From the NCBI RefSeq assembly GCF_037042905.1, contig NC_087252.1, positions 1,862,001-1,926,000 on the forward strand: a stretch of DNA of 64,000 bases. Direction: 5' to 3'. Shown here in pieces: positions 36,601 to 49,708 of the stretch. The notes beneath the pieces were generated by a model. It was not told the origin of the DNA, ran no database searches, and was given only the letters and a program-made list of their open reading frames with translations. Position 1 is the first letter of the stretch. The number at the start of each line of letters is the position of its first letter. This DNA is from Lytechinus pictus (lineage: Eukaryota). The position numbers were made by a program, and so were the translations under genes.

Positions 36601-39056
36601 TCACATACGATTCAAGTAAACAAAATATACTTATTAATTTATTGAATTTTAAAATGGATTCATCCATGCCTTTTTATGATAAATACCTTTCAAGTATTAA
36701 AATATCCTTCTCTCTGAGAGTATGTCAACCAAATTTCTCAACTGCTATTTTGCCTATTAAAAAAAAAAATGTTACAGCTACATAGTCCAATGGAATATTA
36801 AATTTGAAAATAAATAAGGGAGAATATATTTTTACCTCTTTTGTGAAGTAGGTGTCCTTGTATGCATCCTTAGCAGCTAACTCCAGCCGATGGGCCACAC
36901 AGTGCGTGCCCACTATCCAGGGCATCTCTGCCTCCAGTTGCTTGAGGACTCCTTCTTTTCTTCCAAAATTGACAGCTGCCCCATCAGCACCAAACCTGAT
37001 AAGCCATTCTCTGTAGTCTAGGACATCATTGGTGACAAACACAGTGTCGATTGACTTTCTGATATATGCTGCGTTTGCTTGTTCCAAATCACATATGCTG
37101 CCAAAAGAAAGTGAAAAAAAAACAACGATAAGATCCAATTAGACAATTTCAATTTAATCGCATGTTATTGAAATTCTAATATGGAGCCTAGCTCTGATAG
37201 AGGCAAACAGCTGACACACTTCATAAAAAAATGCCCAATTTAATTTTTAAATCTGGCTTTAAAATATAAAAGATATGTAAATCTTGCTTTCCTTACCCAA
37301 AAAATTTCATGCGTGGAATTCCAGTGTCCTGCATCATGTACTTGATGTACATAACTTCCAATTCTCTGGTTGATTTGTCTGTGCTCCCATCTACTAAGAC
37401 CGAGATGTATCGGGATGACTTGATCTCAGAAACCAAGTTCCTTCTGATGACAGCTGCTAAATATGAAGTAAAGTTGGCAGCTTGCTTGCTGTTGATGTAG
37501 GTGTTCCCCAAATCAACTCCATGCCTCTTTTCAAGACCAGCCAATGATGGGAAGTAAGCAAAAGGGAGTTCATGTTTTGCAATATGGTAGGCAATATCAA
37601 ACAGTTTTGTCACCCTTGCTTCCTGTTCACTATCCATCTTCTGAATATGCTCAACTATGGGAGCTGTCTTCTTGATGTGCCTATTTTTCCAAGCATCTGA
37701 TAAAAATGAAACACAAAAACAAGAATTAAATGAAAAAATAAAAGTGACTGGGCTCCTGATGACTCAAGTTTGTTTTGATTAAAGCAGAAGATTGAATTGA
37801 AACATGCCTACTGCGAAGTTACTAAGAATAAATATTACAACAAAATAAATAATAACAGATCTAATCTATTAAACAATAATCTTGCTCTACACAAAAAGCT
37901 AATTAGATCTACTTTTAATAATTATAAATTTCAATCCTATAGATCTATTATCCACTTAAATAATTTACTCCCCTTTAAAAGGATTATGAAACAAAATTAT
38001 TATTTTCTAAAGGTACAACCCCTATTATTTCAATTTAAAAAAAAAGACTTGGAAAATGCCAAATCATTCTTTTTCATTAACAAGAGCGCCGCTGGGGCAA
38101 GCACATAATAAACTTCATGCCTTCATGGAATATTGATCAACACTCACCGTATGCAGTCTTATGGGCTGTGGTTTCTTGGTGTCTCTCAGCACTGTATTTC
38201 TTGATGTTTTTGGTGCCCTCCGTAAAAGGGTCCTGAACAGAGCCGAACTTCTTCCGCCCGGCAGCTCCCGGTGGTGGGGGGAACGCCCTACAGGCCTTAC
38301 AATAAACAGTGATCCCACCAGAGTCGCCTTCAGCTTCGAGCCAATCGAGGCCCCAAGACTTTACTGTGGATTGTCTCTGTACGGTCTTTTTCTTTTTCTT
38401 TTTTGGCTTATCCTCAACAGTATCTCGATTTGGACTTGTAGAGGCTGCTGGCTCTGGCCGTTTGGCAGAGCCAGGTTGAACACGAATGAGAAACTTATCC
38501 ATCTCGCCACAGGCCGGGCCTCGACGATGTCGATAATCAAATCAGCGCTGTCACACAATCAACAGCTGATCGCATACAATTCTGTGCATGCCTAGTACAC
38601 ATAATATACCGTACGATGCATGTGGTCTCGTTACCAGCTGTGCAGTCTAATCGTGCACGCGTACATGTACATAAGCCATGCGGCAAGTGCGTCAACAATT
38701 CTAAAAACCCCGTGCTAAAGACTATGCGTATTCCGCATCCCATATTGCATTGCGCGTTTATTTTACCATCGTGAAGCTTCCGGTGTTACGGAAGACTCGG
38801 ATATTGCATCGACCGTACCGTTCAACTTAAACTTAAAGCTAGCATTTTTTTGCAAGGGCGATATAAAAGATGCGCTTGCTCCGCCGCCGGAGAACGTAAT
38901 TATGTGAAGTATTTTTTACATTGTCGATGGTATTTTATTGGGGCGATTCTGAAATAAATAGTAGCCCCAAAGCATTGGGTTTTGAGCATTTTTAGGGGCG
39001 ATTTGGGCTGTCATGGGGGCGAAATCGCCCTTCGCCCCCGTGTAATTCCGACCCTG
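33683..39056 (-). mobile_element. Full-length hAT DNA transposon (~5.4 kb)
   Basis: TIRs CAGGGTAGGAATTA / TAATTCCGACCCTG. Perfect 8-bp TSD AGTGGTAT at 33675-33682 and 39057-39064. Subterminal GGGGCTA/GGGGCGA repeats. Confidence 0.95.
35388..38502 (-). CDS. hAT transposase (ZNF862-like), ~720 aa; exons 38502-38148, 37696-37297, 37097-36836, 36536-35388
   Basis: N-terminal zinc-finger-like motif (YCKACR...RHQETTAH), catalytic motifs LVDGSTD and GADGAAVN, CVAHRL, TRW, and C-terminal VERAFS dimerisation region. GT-AG junctions with phases 1,2,0 splice into one open frame. Confidence 0.92.
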
Positions 39057-39273
39057 AGTGGTATGGTCCACAAAATGAACTAACCCTATTCAAAATGAGA
39101 ACCAATTAAAGAATAGAAGGATGATCATGAGGTAAAACTGAATACTAATGAGAACTAAACAATAAAGCTATGTGGAGTGGAAAAGAACAAGGGAAAACTA
39201 GACAGCATGCCTGAGGGGAAAATGAACGAGAATGGAATGAACCTGGTGAAGTGATGTTGCTATGACAGATGAA

Positions 39274-39795
39274 CAATGTATGAGGATTAGTGGAGATGGA
39301 ATGAAGGATGGGATTAAGACAATGTATGAGGATTAGTGGAGATGGAATGAAGGATGGGATTAAGACAATGTATGGGGATTAGTGGAGATGGAATGAAGGA
39401 TGGGATTAAGACAATGTATGAGGATAGTGGAGATGGAATGAAGGATGGGATTAAGACAATGTATGAGGATTAGTGGAGATGGAATGAAGGATGGGATTAA
39501 GACAATGTATGAGGATAGTGGAGATGGAATGAAGGATGGGATTAAGACAATGTATGAGGATAGTGGAGATGGAATGAAGGATGGGATTAAGACAATGTAT
39601 GAGGATAGTGGAGATGGAATGAAGGATGAGATAAAGACAATGTATGAAGATTAGTGGAGATGGAATGAAGGATGAGATTAAGACAATGTATGAAGATTAG
39701 TGGAGATGGAATGAAGGATGAGATTAAGACAATGTATGAAGATTAGTGGAGATGGAATGAAGGATGAGATTAAGACAATGTATGGGGAGATGGAA
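39274..39795 (+). repeat. 45/46-bp minisatellite, ~11 copies
   Basis: Unit ACAATGTATGAGGAT(T)AGTGGAGATGGAATGAAGGATGGGATTAAG. Confidence 0.95.
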
Positions 39796-40044
39796 AGAAT
39801 GACCATCTCATGACATGGGATATAAAGTTAAATGTAGACAATTAAACTACCGAAAGCAAAATGTACATAGAAAAAACTTAGAATAAAGCAAATTTGACCT
39901 TTAGGAATCAGTCATTCGAAGACCACATTGATTATAATATTTTATATTCATTACACATATTTACCGGTAAGTCTGGACCCTATCTTTGCCCCCACTCCAT
40001 ATGAGAGATTTTTTAAAGGATTTAAACATTTTTCCTTGGGTCTA

Positions 40045-41846
40045 CAAGGACAAGTAGGGACAGTGATTTTCCGCGATCGCGGAAAACGGACGGAATTCAC
40101 GGAAAGGGCCTTTTGAAACGGAAAATGGCATTTCAAACGGAAAATCACGGAAAACGTATTTTCCCTCAAAATACACAGAATAGCAACAGAAATTACTCCA
40201 AAATCACAACAAAATGAGAATATTAAATGGCCAAAAAACCCCAGAAAACACGATCTCACTTCGCTACTATCATGACAATTCACACATCGTGACTGCACTC
40301 GACATCAGCACACTCGATTGTACCCCGCACCGTACCCGTACCCGGCCGGCCGGATTGGGCTTCACATGCACACATGTACGTATCGTTCAACTACATGTAC
40401 ACAGTTGTGTTGTTGTGTGTTGTTGCCCTCTACGTTTGAAGATGTAACAGCACGATATCGTGGTCTTAAAATCCAAGATGGCGGATTGGGAAAAGACGAT
40501 GACTGATGATAACGATGTCCAAAAACCCCCAAAATTATCGATGAAATATCATTTCACCGTGAAATAATGCTAATAATATGAAAGGTGAGGATGTATGCAT
40601 GCAAAATGGGTGTGTTAAAATATTTTATTCACCCGCATAGATCCGATTAGAACGGATTTTATTGTGTTGTTGGTACAGTAGCAGATACAAATTTTGACCA
40701 GTGCGAGTGTGCATGTAAATGTGTAAACGGAATTGTCACTTTTCCGTGTGTACAAAGTCTATGGGGAAACGGAATTTCTGTTTTCTGACATGCTGAAACG
40801 GAATTTGAGATTTTCTGAAACGGAAAAGGCAATTTTTTGAAACGGAAAATCACTGTCCCTAGACAAGTCCACCCCCAAAAAAGTTGATTTTTAGTAAAAA
40901 GAGAAAATCCAACAAGCATAACATTAAAAATGTCATCAAAATCGGATGGAATATAAGAAAGTTATGACATTTAAAATCTTTGTTAATATGCTCATCCTGG
41001 TCAGTATGCAAATGAGGGGACTGATGAATTTACTCACTATTTCTTTTGTATTTCATTATATGAAATATTCTAATTTTCTCCTCATTCTCCTGTGAAACAA
41101 AGTTTTCTTCTTCCCTGAACATGTGGAATTACCATTATTTTAACAATTTTTTGGGGGTCAAGATGGTCCTTACTGTCAAATCAATTAAAATCCAAATATT
41201 GTATAATTGTATATTGTATATTGTATATATTGTATAATTGAAATAGTGAGGGACACTGACGCTCTCATTTGCATAATATCACTGAGTTGTGCATACAACT
41301 ATTTTGTGAAGAATATAAAGCTTGAACTTAAAGATAAATTCCAGTTTTGGTAACGATCTAAAAATGACTTTTTACAGAATCTGATATAATGACCACCAAA
41401 GTGTCTGTTTATATGAATAAAAAATATGTGCCAAAGGATTCTGGAAGAAATTGTGTAATTGCTGAGAAATAAGCAAAATAAGCGCGGATTCGGTCACTTC
41501 CGTCGGGTCTTTATTTTAGCAATAATAATACACTGTCCCACGTGTGCCTATCTGTGTTGGTGATCTTCAGTGTGAACATTTTTCAGCGTAGATTTCAAGA
41601 TTTTACAAAGTTCAGTTTATGTAACCGTACCAGATCTAGATCCTCGATGATATACTGACAATTAAGCCTTATTTTACAGACCTTCTCATGAAATCAGTGT
41701 TTACTGCAAATACTGGAATTTCTCTTTAAAATAAAACTTTCTTATTTTACATCCAATTTTATGAAACTTTCAGCATTATTCTTGTTTGATTTTTCTTTAT
41801 TGATTCAAATCAGCATTTTTCTGGGCTGTCTAGACTTGACCTTGAA
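40045..41846. mobile_element. Kolobok-like MITE (AAGGACAAGTCCACCCC family) with a nested TTAA MITE at ~41328-41729; relatives at ~53300-53725, ~55413-59179, ~59870-62080
   Basis: Family ends AAGG(A/T)CAAGTC(C/T)AC / GGACTT..CCTTTAA, and shared internal TCATTTGCATA..ACCAGGATGTGCATA blocks. The nested element has TIR TTAAAGATAAATTCCAGT / ACTGGAATTTCTCTTTAA. Confidence 0.7.
40055..40861. mobile_element. Non-autonomous TIR element with 6-bp TSD (possibly hAT6-like)
   Basis: TIR TAGGGACAGTGATTTTCCG / CGGAAAATCACTGTCCCTA; GACAAG on both sides; subterminal ACGGAA repeats. Confidence 0.8.
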
Positions 41847-41983
41847 TAGGGAGGACATAGAAAATATACAGTAGTTGAGGAAGCACAAGTGACCTTTTTC
41901 ACAAATTTTACCAATTAATAATGAAAGATATCTAATTTTCTAACAAATACATGTAGACCTAAAAACTTGCATGCGAGGGTAGC

Positions 41984-42160
41984 TGGTCAAACAGCATGAA
42001 TATTTATTATTATATTGGATCGCTCAGAAAATACCAGAAATATTCCAAGAGTTTGGGAAAATATTCCACTGATTCATAAAATATTTTCCCAAACTCTTGG
42101 AATATTTCTGGTATTTTCTGAGCCATCCAATATAATATAAATATTCATGCTGTTTGACCA
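41984..42160. repeat. Hairpin/palindromic MITE-like element
   Basis: Arms of ~83 bp: TGGTCAAACAGCATGAATATTT...AAATATTCATGCTGTTTGACCA, with a short loop. Confidence 0.85.
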
Positions 42161-42607
42161 CTGACCAGCGACGCGATGTTTTGAAATCGGCCGTGAATAA
42201 TTACGTGTGAGGAATTTAGATACTGGCCCAAAATCACAAATTTTGAGGATAACCGGAGGATGGACACGGAGTAAAATAAGGTCTTAAGTTAAGGATGAAG
42301 AGTAAGGGCCTTATCGTGAAATTTGTCACCTCTCTTGTCGTGTGTGTCGGTGTGTGTGCGATCGTGTGTACAAAGTCAATGGGAGTGGAAAGATGTCACC
42401 ACCGCTGACGAAATAAACGGCAATGAATGGACTGGTGACATAAACCACGATAATGCCAGAGTAAGAAGTAAAGTTTTTTTTTCCTTTTATATCCTTTTTT
42501 TTCTATCATTTTTACAATAAACCACCATTTGATCCCACCTTTGTCACTCAGTATATCCGAACTGGTTCACCGTCGCGATGTACGGGCAGGTGGAGCGTGG
42601 TGTAGCG

Positions 42608-43022
42608 CACCCAAGGGTTCATCACATGCCGCCGCGCACAGAAAAATCAAGCCATAGAAGTCGTGTGTTGTGGACCCAAGAAGTGAGATCCCAGCACGCG
42701 CGACCCACTAGTTAGAAATCCACTGCCAAACGCGGTACGTGGTGCGAGGTTAGTATACTAGTATTACTACTAACCTCGCAATAACGTGTGTGAGTGGTGT
42801 AGCGGCACTCACAGTCACACGTATTGCGAGGTTAGTTACTTAGTATTACTATAGTCTAAGACATAGCATACTAACCTCGCACCACGTCCACGAACCGTGT
42901 TTGGCAGTGGATTTCTAACTAGTGGGTCGCGCGTGCCGGGATCTCACTTCTTGGGTCCACAACACACGACTTCTATGTCTTGATTTTTCTGTGCGTGGCG
43001 GCATGTAATGAACCCTTGGGTG
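42608..43022. mobile_element. Palindromic insertion with 8-bp flanking direct repeat
   Basis: Inverted arms of ~150 bp (CACCCAAGGGTTCAT...ATGAACCCTTGGGTG); GTGTAGCG at 42600-42607 and 43023-43030; inner hairpin at 42769-42836. Confidence 0.85.
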
Positions 43023-44410
43023 GTGTAGCGGTAGTGAAGTGGAGCCTGCACGAACGTTGCGAACATCGCTCGAGGTACCCACTCATTCAATGAACAAGGT
43101 TATGATATAACCTTGTTCTCAGTTATATCTCCATGTGTGGCAAAATAAGGATGGCAATGTTTGGCTTATTTTCTCTTTTTCTTTGGGACAAATGCTTGAT
43201 TTTTTTACACTGACAGTTTTCATTACACCTATTCGTCATACAACTTGGCCCTTAAGTAAATTTGATTCTTTAAATTATTTTTTTCTTAATCAAAAAAAGA
43301 GATAAAAAATGAAAATTTTCTTGCCATATTATTTTCCACCAATAGAGGGCGTACACAAAAATATGCCCAAAATTCAAGTTTTTGAGCGCTCTAGTGAATT
43401 CAAAAATTATTCCCAAATCACTAATGAAAAATAAATTGCAATTGTACGGAAATTAGTAATTTTGGTCACAAAAGTGATATTTTAATCATTTTTTTAAGTG
43501 TGTGCTCTGTACAGCATTGGCATGCCATAGTCCAACCTGTAGATTCCCCACCTGCGGCGAGGCGAGTGCCATCGCCATTGCAACTGCAAGCATGATTGAT
43601 TGGTCTCCCCGACACAGGCGACACACCGGTTTCAATCCCTGATCCCCCCCCCTTCTATTTCATTTTCTATAGATTTAGAGCATTTTACACAATCAATGGA
43701 CGATCTGTCATAATCTAATAAATAAAATTATTGGAATACAAAAACGGAAGATTAAATAATATAGAAATATTTTTATTTTAAATTTACCTCTAGGCTCTAA
43801 TTTCTACACGCCGTGTCCAAATCTTTTACTATGACTTCTTATCTTGTTCTTGATGCGGCACTAGGGGGCGCTCTTTCTTTTTCTTCAGAGTTATCAATAG
43901 ACATTTTTCTTCAAGGCCTTGTTTTTCTTTTGTTTGTCGATTTTTATGGTTATATCCGGTTCCATGCGTTCCATGACAATAATCCGCAGATAATTGCTCC
44001 ACCGACAACTACTTCGCCGACAACTGCTCCGCCGACAATTGCTCCACCGATATTTGCTCTGCCGACAACTCCTTTGTCATTGTTTTGACAAAGCAATTTA
44101 TGTCATTGTTTTAATCTCCATTTCAATCCAATTAGGCTACTATTTGAATTTTCAATTGTCTAATATTCATCACTTTCTGATATATTGTATTTTTAAATTT
44201 TATTTATTAAATTTAATGAATTTCTATTTTGCAGTTGCTCTTTAAAAATTATTTGGTATAAACCATGGTTGAATTGAAATGAATTGAACTGCTCCCGGTC
44301 GATACCGCTCCGACGACAATGCTCCACCGATATTTGCTCCGCCGACAACTGCTGCTCCGATCAGGGGCCGCTGAACGGTTTTCAAATTCAACATTATTTT
44401 ATACAGAAAC

Positions 44411-45892
44411 CACTGGCGTAAATCCCGGGGGGGGGGGGATGGGGGGATATATCCCCCCCCCCACTTTTCGAGGAGGGGGGATGGCCTGTACAAACATCCC
44501 CCCCCCACTTTTTACGAAAGAAATGAAGAAAAAAATCACAATAGATAATTGTTTTATTGGTGAAAATTCTTCCTAAAATACCGCTTAACAAATAAAACAA
44601 TATTATTGAATCATAAAATGAAAATAAAGAGCCATTTCACCATTTCCAAACGAAATACTTATGTCCTTATTATAACATTGAAGAGAAACCCCTGTTTCTT
44701 CCAATTCATCAATGTTGGGGTCTTTGGGAAGAGATTAAGATGGAATGTCAATTTTTTTTAATGTAATCTCTAATAAAACCATTAAACCATCATGGGGTAA
44801 AAAAAGATAATAATATTGGAGGGGTATTTGCCATATGGACATACAGTGGCGTAACTACGGGGGGCATGGGGGCACATCCCCCCATCGGCTGAAAAAAAAA
44901 ACGGGGAAAGGGGGAAAGGAGAAAAAAGGGAGAAAGGAAGAGACACGTAGTGGGGAAAGAAGAAAATGTTATTCATTATAATGTTATATTATATCATAAT
45001 TATGTTATGTTACATTAAACTTTATGAAACATAATTTGCCCAGGGCCTACGTCTTTTTTATTGTTCCTGGTGCTCGCATTGTCTGTTTAACGAGATATAT
45101 AATCCTGTTGTACTAAAACATCCCGTTTTCAAGTCAATATAAACCAAATATATATCCTAGCACTTGTTATCATTGTTTTATGTAGTGACATATGCTTCTT
45201 TTTCATGACTCAAAAGTGATTGCCCCATGTTAAGGTCTTCTTATATATGGAACATTTCCTGTCCGTGATTACGTTCACACTATAGTGGATTGGTGAGATA
45301 TGTCTGCTCTTCATGAATTCCTAAAATCAGTCCTTAAAATATCCCTTCTGATCTGAATATCAAAAATTTTCAGCTCGTGCTTCGCGCTCGCATCATTTGG
45401 TTAATGAAATACGTATGGTCCTAGTTAATTCCTACAAAGAAACCTTAGAATGCCCCACTTCAGGTCTGAATTATCTAATTTTTCAGCTCGCGCTTTGCGC
45501 GCGCATTGTTTAGCGAGACAGGTACGCAGGTACCTATCATGATTACACAAATTTGATTATATTGTCCCTTTTTTGGTGTGAATATAAAAATATTTCAGCT
45601 CGCGCTTCGCGCTCGCATTATTTGATCAGTGAGATACATATCCGTTTAATGACATTGTCCTTAAAATGTCTCTATTATATATAGGTCAGTATAACTGGCA
45701 ACTTAGCGCGCTTCGCGCACTCACTTAGTGATTAAAATTTTTTACTGGTGCCCCCATCCCCAATGCCGTGACCCACGGTACGCTACTGTGGACATATCAA
45801 TGACAATTCCTTGCATATCTGATTGCAAAAAAATGCCAAAATATTTCAGTCATCCCCCCCCCCCCACCCATCAACACGGATTTACGCCAGTG
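44411..45892. mobile_element. hAT-type MITE containing a second nested hAT-type MITE (44844-45788)
   Basis: Outer element: TIR CACTGGCGTAAATCC with TSD ACAGAAAC. Inner element: CAGTGGCGTA...TACGCTACTG with TSD TGGACATA. Confidence 0.9.
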
Positions 45893-46670
45893 ACAGAAAC
45901 GTTTTGATACTGTTACCGATTACCGATCCATCGATTTTCAAGGAAACAGCACATTGAAAACTTTTGTCCGTTCTTTTAAAGTCAGAATTTTGACCCTATC
46001 ACAAAAAAAAAAGATATAAGACTGCTATATAAAATAATTATTCATCCTCATCTTGATTATTGCACCATCAATCGGATGGATGAAACAATAACAGAATATC
46101 ATGATTATACATCCTCAATACTTCAATACAGAGTGCTAATGACTTACTATTCACTGTTTAGATCGATCTGTCAGATGTTTATGATACTTGATAAATGAAA
46201 ATCTGTTTATTCACATATTTAGATTAATAAACAATAAGTTGCCCCCCCCTCACGTTTGAAAGCAAAAAGAATATAGAGAAAAAAATGCTGTAACCAATCA
46301 TCCCTTCTTTGGAGGGGGGGGGGGGTGATCCTGGGGGCAGGGGGAACAACGCCCTCACATTTCGAAGCATTGGGTCCCTATATACCCAAGAAAAATACCC
46401 CTTACAAACAATTATGTTTAATGCCCTTTCCATCTTAGAATGACCCGTTTTATGAGTTAACAAGTGCCCCCCATTCTTCTAAGTGCCTTTTGTCGTATGG
46501 GATAAACCGTCCTTCCTTTTTTCGCTCATTTCATATCCGATCAGCACCCGTAATCGCTTTAAAAATGTTTTTATTGCCCCTGTAGCTCCCTTTTTCATAG
46601 TTTTCATGAGTTATTGGTCGATAAAGATGTTGAGCAGAATTATGATTGCGATGTCTTTTGATAAATAAAT

Positions 46671-47152
46671 CCCGGGGGGGGGGCACTCAGTATATAATGC
46701 ATAGTGGGTATGTGCCGCGGAGGGGACCCCCATTTTTACACTCAAATTTCCGTTCCAAGGCATAGCATTTTTGACTTATCGAGAAAAAAGAAGAAAGAAA
46801 TCAGCTCCAAAGCTTCGCATATTTTTCGTTACGCCGTTCCGGTCGCATTGATCTGCTACAATTTTGGTGAAAAGCGGCCGTAGAGCGCTTTTCGACCATC
46901 GCCTAAGCGCGAGCGCACCCGGCGGAGGCCGCGCTAGCTGCGTCATGCACGATTGCCCGTTCCATAGGGATGCATACGCACTCACAGAGATACGGAGATC
47001 CGTTCCGAGGACCCCCGTTTTCACAAACATTTGTAGTTCCGAAGCCCGTTCCGAGGACCCTCCTTTTTACAATAAGCCCGCTCCAAGGCCCCCGTTTTTT
47101 GCCTCGCCCGCGGCACACCCCTACCACTTTTTTGGTCGAGTGCCCCCCCGGG
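46671..47152. mobile_element. MITE with CCCGGGGGGG-CACTC termini
   Basis: Inverted ends, with AAATAAAT directly repeated on both sides. Confidence 0.8.
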
Positions 47153-47521
47153 AAATAAATAAATCATGAATATTATGATTTTGGGTCTTAATATGGCCAA
47201 ATAATGATCACTACAATTGTGATTTGGCGAATGAACCCACTTTATCTCAGAATCTGTGTACATTTTTTTTTTAACTTAGGATAGACCCTTTTAATATTAT
47301 TGGATGTGATTACAAAAGCATTCTGTGACTAAGTGTCCCTTTTGATCCCCAATGAGTGGTCAAACTGGTCATTTTTTGGTTAAACAAAATCGCCAAAATG
47401 TCGTAAGCACGGTCAATAAAACCCACATTAGAAGAATACCAGCGCATGCAGGACTTACTACCCCATATAAGCTTGTCAAACCTTCCCGCCACCAAAAATT
47501 CTAATTAAAACACCCTATCTC

Positions 47522-48792
47522 CAACGGCGTAACAGGGGTCGGTGGCCAGGGGGGGGGGGGGGGGGGGGGACAAGAGCCAACACTTTCCCGGTCATATCAT
47601 GGTATGAACAGGCGTAAAGGTGTAATGAGGCGACGATTTTGAGAGGGCCAGACATTGCGTATTAGGCAGAATTTATCTTTAAAATAACAGTTACGAGTGA
47701 GCAAAAATTTTGACATTTTTAGTACAAAAATCCAATTTTGTGATAGATTTTGACATGATATCCAGAAAATAATATATTTCACTCTTTTCTCTTTCCATTC
47801 CTTTTTTGTGGTCTGTATGCCACTGTGAACATGATTTTTAATCAAATCGCGGGTATATATAGAATATAGCTTTTACACAACACATTTATTCAACCAAGTT
47901 GAACCAAATATATTTGAGGGGGCAAAACATAGCAATGTGGGAAAATTTGTAAACAGTCGCCAGCGAGCAAAGCGAGCTGAAAAAAAATGCCTATTGAAAT
48001 TAGATTTTAATTATGTGATAGATATCCATTATATTCAGCAAATAACACATTTCATTGTTTCCATTCATTTCATTATACGTTGTCTCCTATAATATCTTTT
48101 ATTTCCTCTTGGGTGTGGAACCAAGACTCCCCCCGCGCCTGTACGCCAGTGGTTGAACGTAAAGCTTAATGTAGGAAGGGTCCCTACAGGGGGCGTTATA
48201 GAGCCATATGAAGGTTATAGATGAAGAGTCCCCACATACTGCGTGGGGTCTGGGGCAAAGCCCCGGTAGCTTATTTGCATAAAATTTAGCAAGCTTATAG
48301 CACAATGTTGTATGCAGTCCATCTTTCGTCCCGCTCTTTATTTTCTATCCTCGGCAGCCCGGTCATGTTATTAAGATATTTTTTTTCTTGTCCCTTTTCT
48401 TTGTTTTCCAATTTAGCTTCTGACTTATTCCATTCTACCTTCATTTCCCGCTATTGTTTGCCATTTTGTCATCTTTTAATTTATTTCCCATAATGCTATT
48501 GCATTACATAGGCCGATTTCGGAATGATTTGTTCTTTCTCAAATGTTATTTCGTTCCTTTTCCCGCTTTCCTTCCTTTTCCATTAAAAATATTTTGTTCT
48601 TCTTCGTTCTCTTTTCACTTTTCCCTTTCCTTTTCCTCCTTCCCTTTTCCTCCTTTCCTTTCCTTTCCCCCTTTTCTTCCCCTTTCCCTTTCTTTCTTTC
48701 TCCCTCCCTTTTCTTTTTTCCCGTTTTTTTTATTTTCCCGGTGAAATCCGCCAGGGGGGGGGGGGCAGCTTGCCCCCCGCCTGTTACGCCTA
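47522..48792. mobile_element. Degenerate or composite hAT-type MITE(s)
   Basis: GGCGTAACAGG at the left end and CCTGTTACGCC at the right end; an internal end CCTGTACGCCAGTG at ~48150. TSD not confirmed. Confidence 0.5.
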
Positions 48793-49662
48793 TATCTCCT
48801 AGAACATAAAGAAAGACGCTCCCAACCCCTTTATGTTAAAATTTGCTAAAATTTGCGTTTCTAATTTTAAAACTATTCTGGAGCCCCGTCGCGACGCGTC
48901 GCTTTCGGGTCAATTGGGCGACCCTCAAGTTTATGATCAATATGGAGCCCCTAATTCTAAGGAAAAACGAACTAACAGGACTGAGAAAGATGCTGGATAT
49001 ATTTTATGAAAGCTGGGAGACTTGATTGCTTACAGATTATTGCAAAGCTGACTGGTAATGTGAATGTTGTGCTATATTTCAGATTGCAGTGCGGATTTTG
49101 GAAAAGAAAAATAACTTGTTTGCTAAATATTTATGGACCAGACGCGGCGGAGCGACATTGAAGTGGGTGGCACCGGAAATAAAGGGCACTTTATTTTTTG
49201 AAAGATGCACTGAAAACAAAGTATCATAAAAAAAAATCGAATATCTACCCCAGTCTAACATAAAATAATATATGATGCAAAATCACAACATACGTTTCTG
49301 CCTGACATGCTTGAACTATAGCTGTGTGTTTCGATGTAATTTTAGAATGAACGATCTTTTTTACGGGGAATTTTATTCATATATCCAGAGTTTGACTTTT
49401 ACTGGGGGGGGGGGGGGGGCTGATTAATGCACGCCAAGCGTGCCAACCCGGTGTGGTGCCAACACTTACAGAGCCGGCGCTCCCTTGCTTGGAGAAGAGT
49501 GCAGGGAGGGGGAGTTTCCCGCCCGGAGCGCGAAGTTTTTTATATCTATACTCAAATTCATATCAAAATTAAATTTTGCGTCTCTCGAAGAAAACTGAAA
49601 CCATGCAGCCGGGCGAATTGTTAAATAAGGAGTGATGAGAAAGACTAACAGGAGGAAAATCT

Positions 49663-49665
<3 letters not shown>

Positions 49666-49698
<33 letters not shown>
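49666..49698 (+). repeat. (GA)n microsatellite with adjacent poly-G
   Basis: Read directly from the sequence. Confidence 0.95.

Positions 49699-49708
<10 letters not shown>

Noticed and set aside
39274..39795. CRISPR array or repeat-protein ORF (39445-39654)
   Set aside because: Simple minisatellite; the ORF arises only where 45-bp units remove the stop codon.
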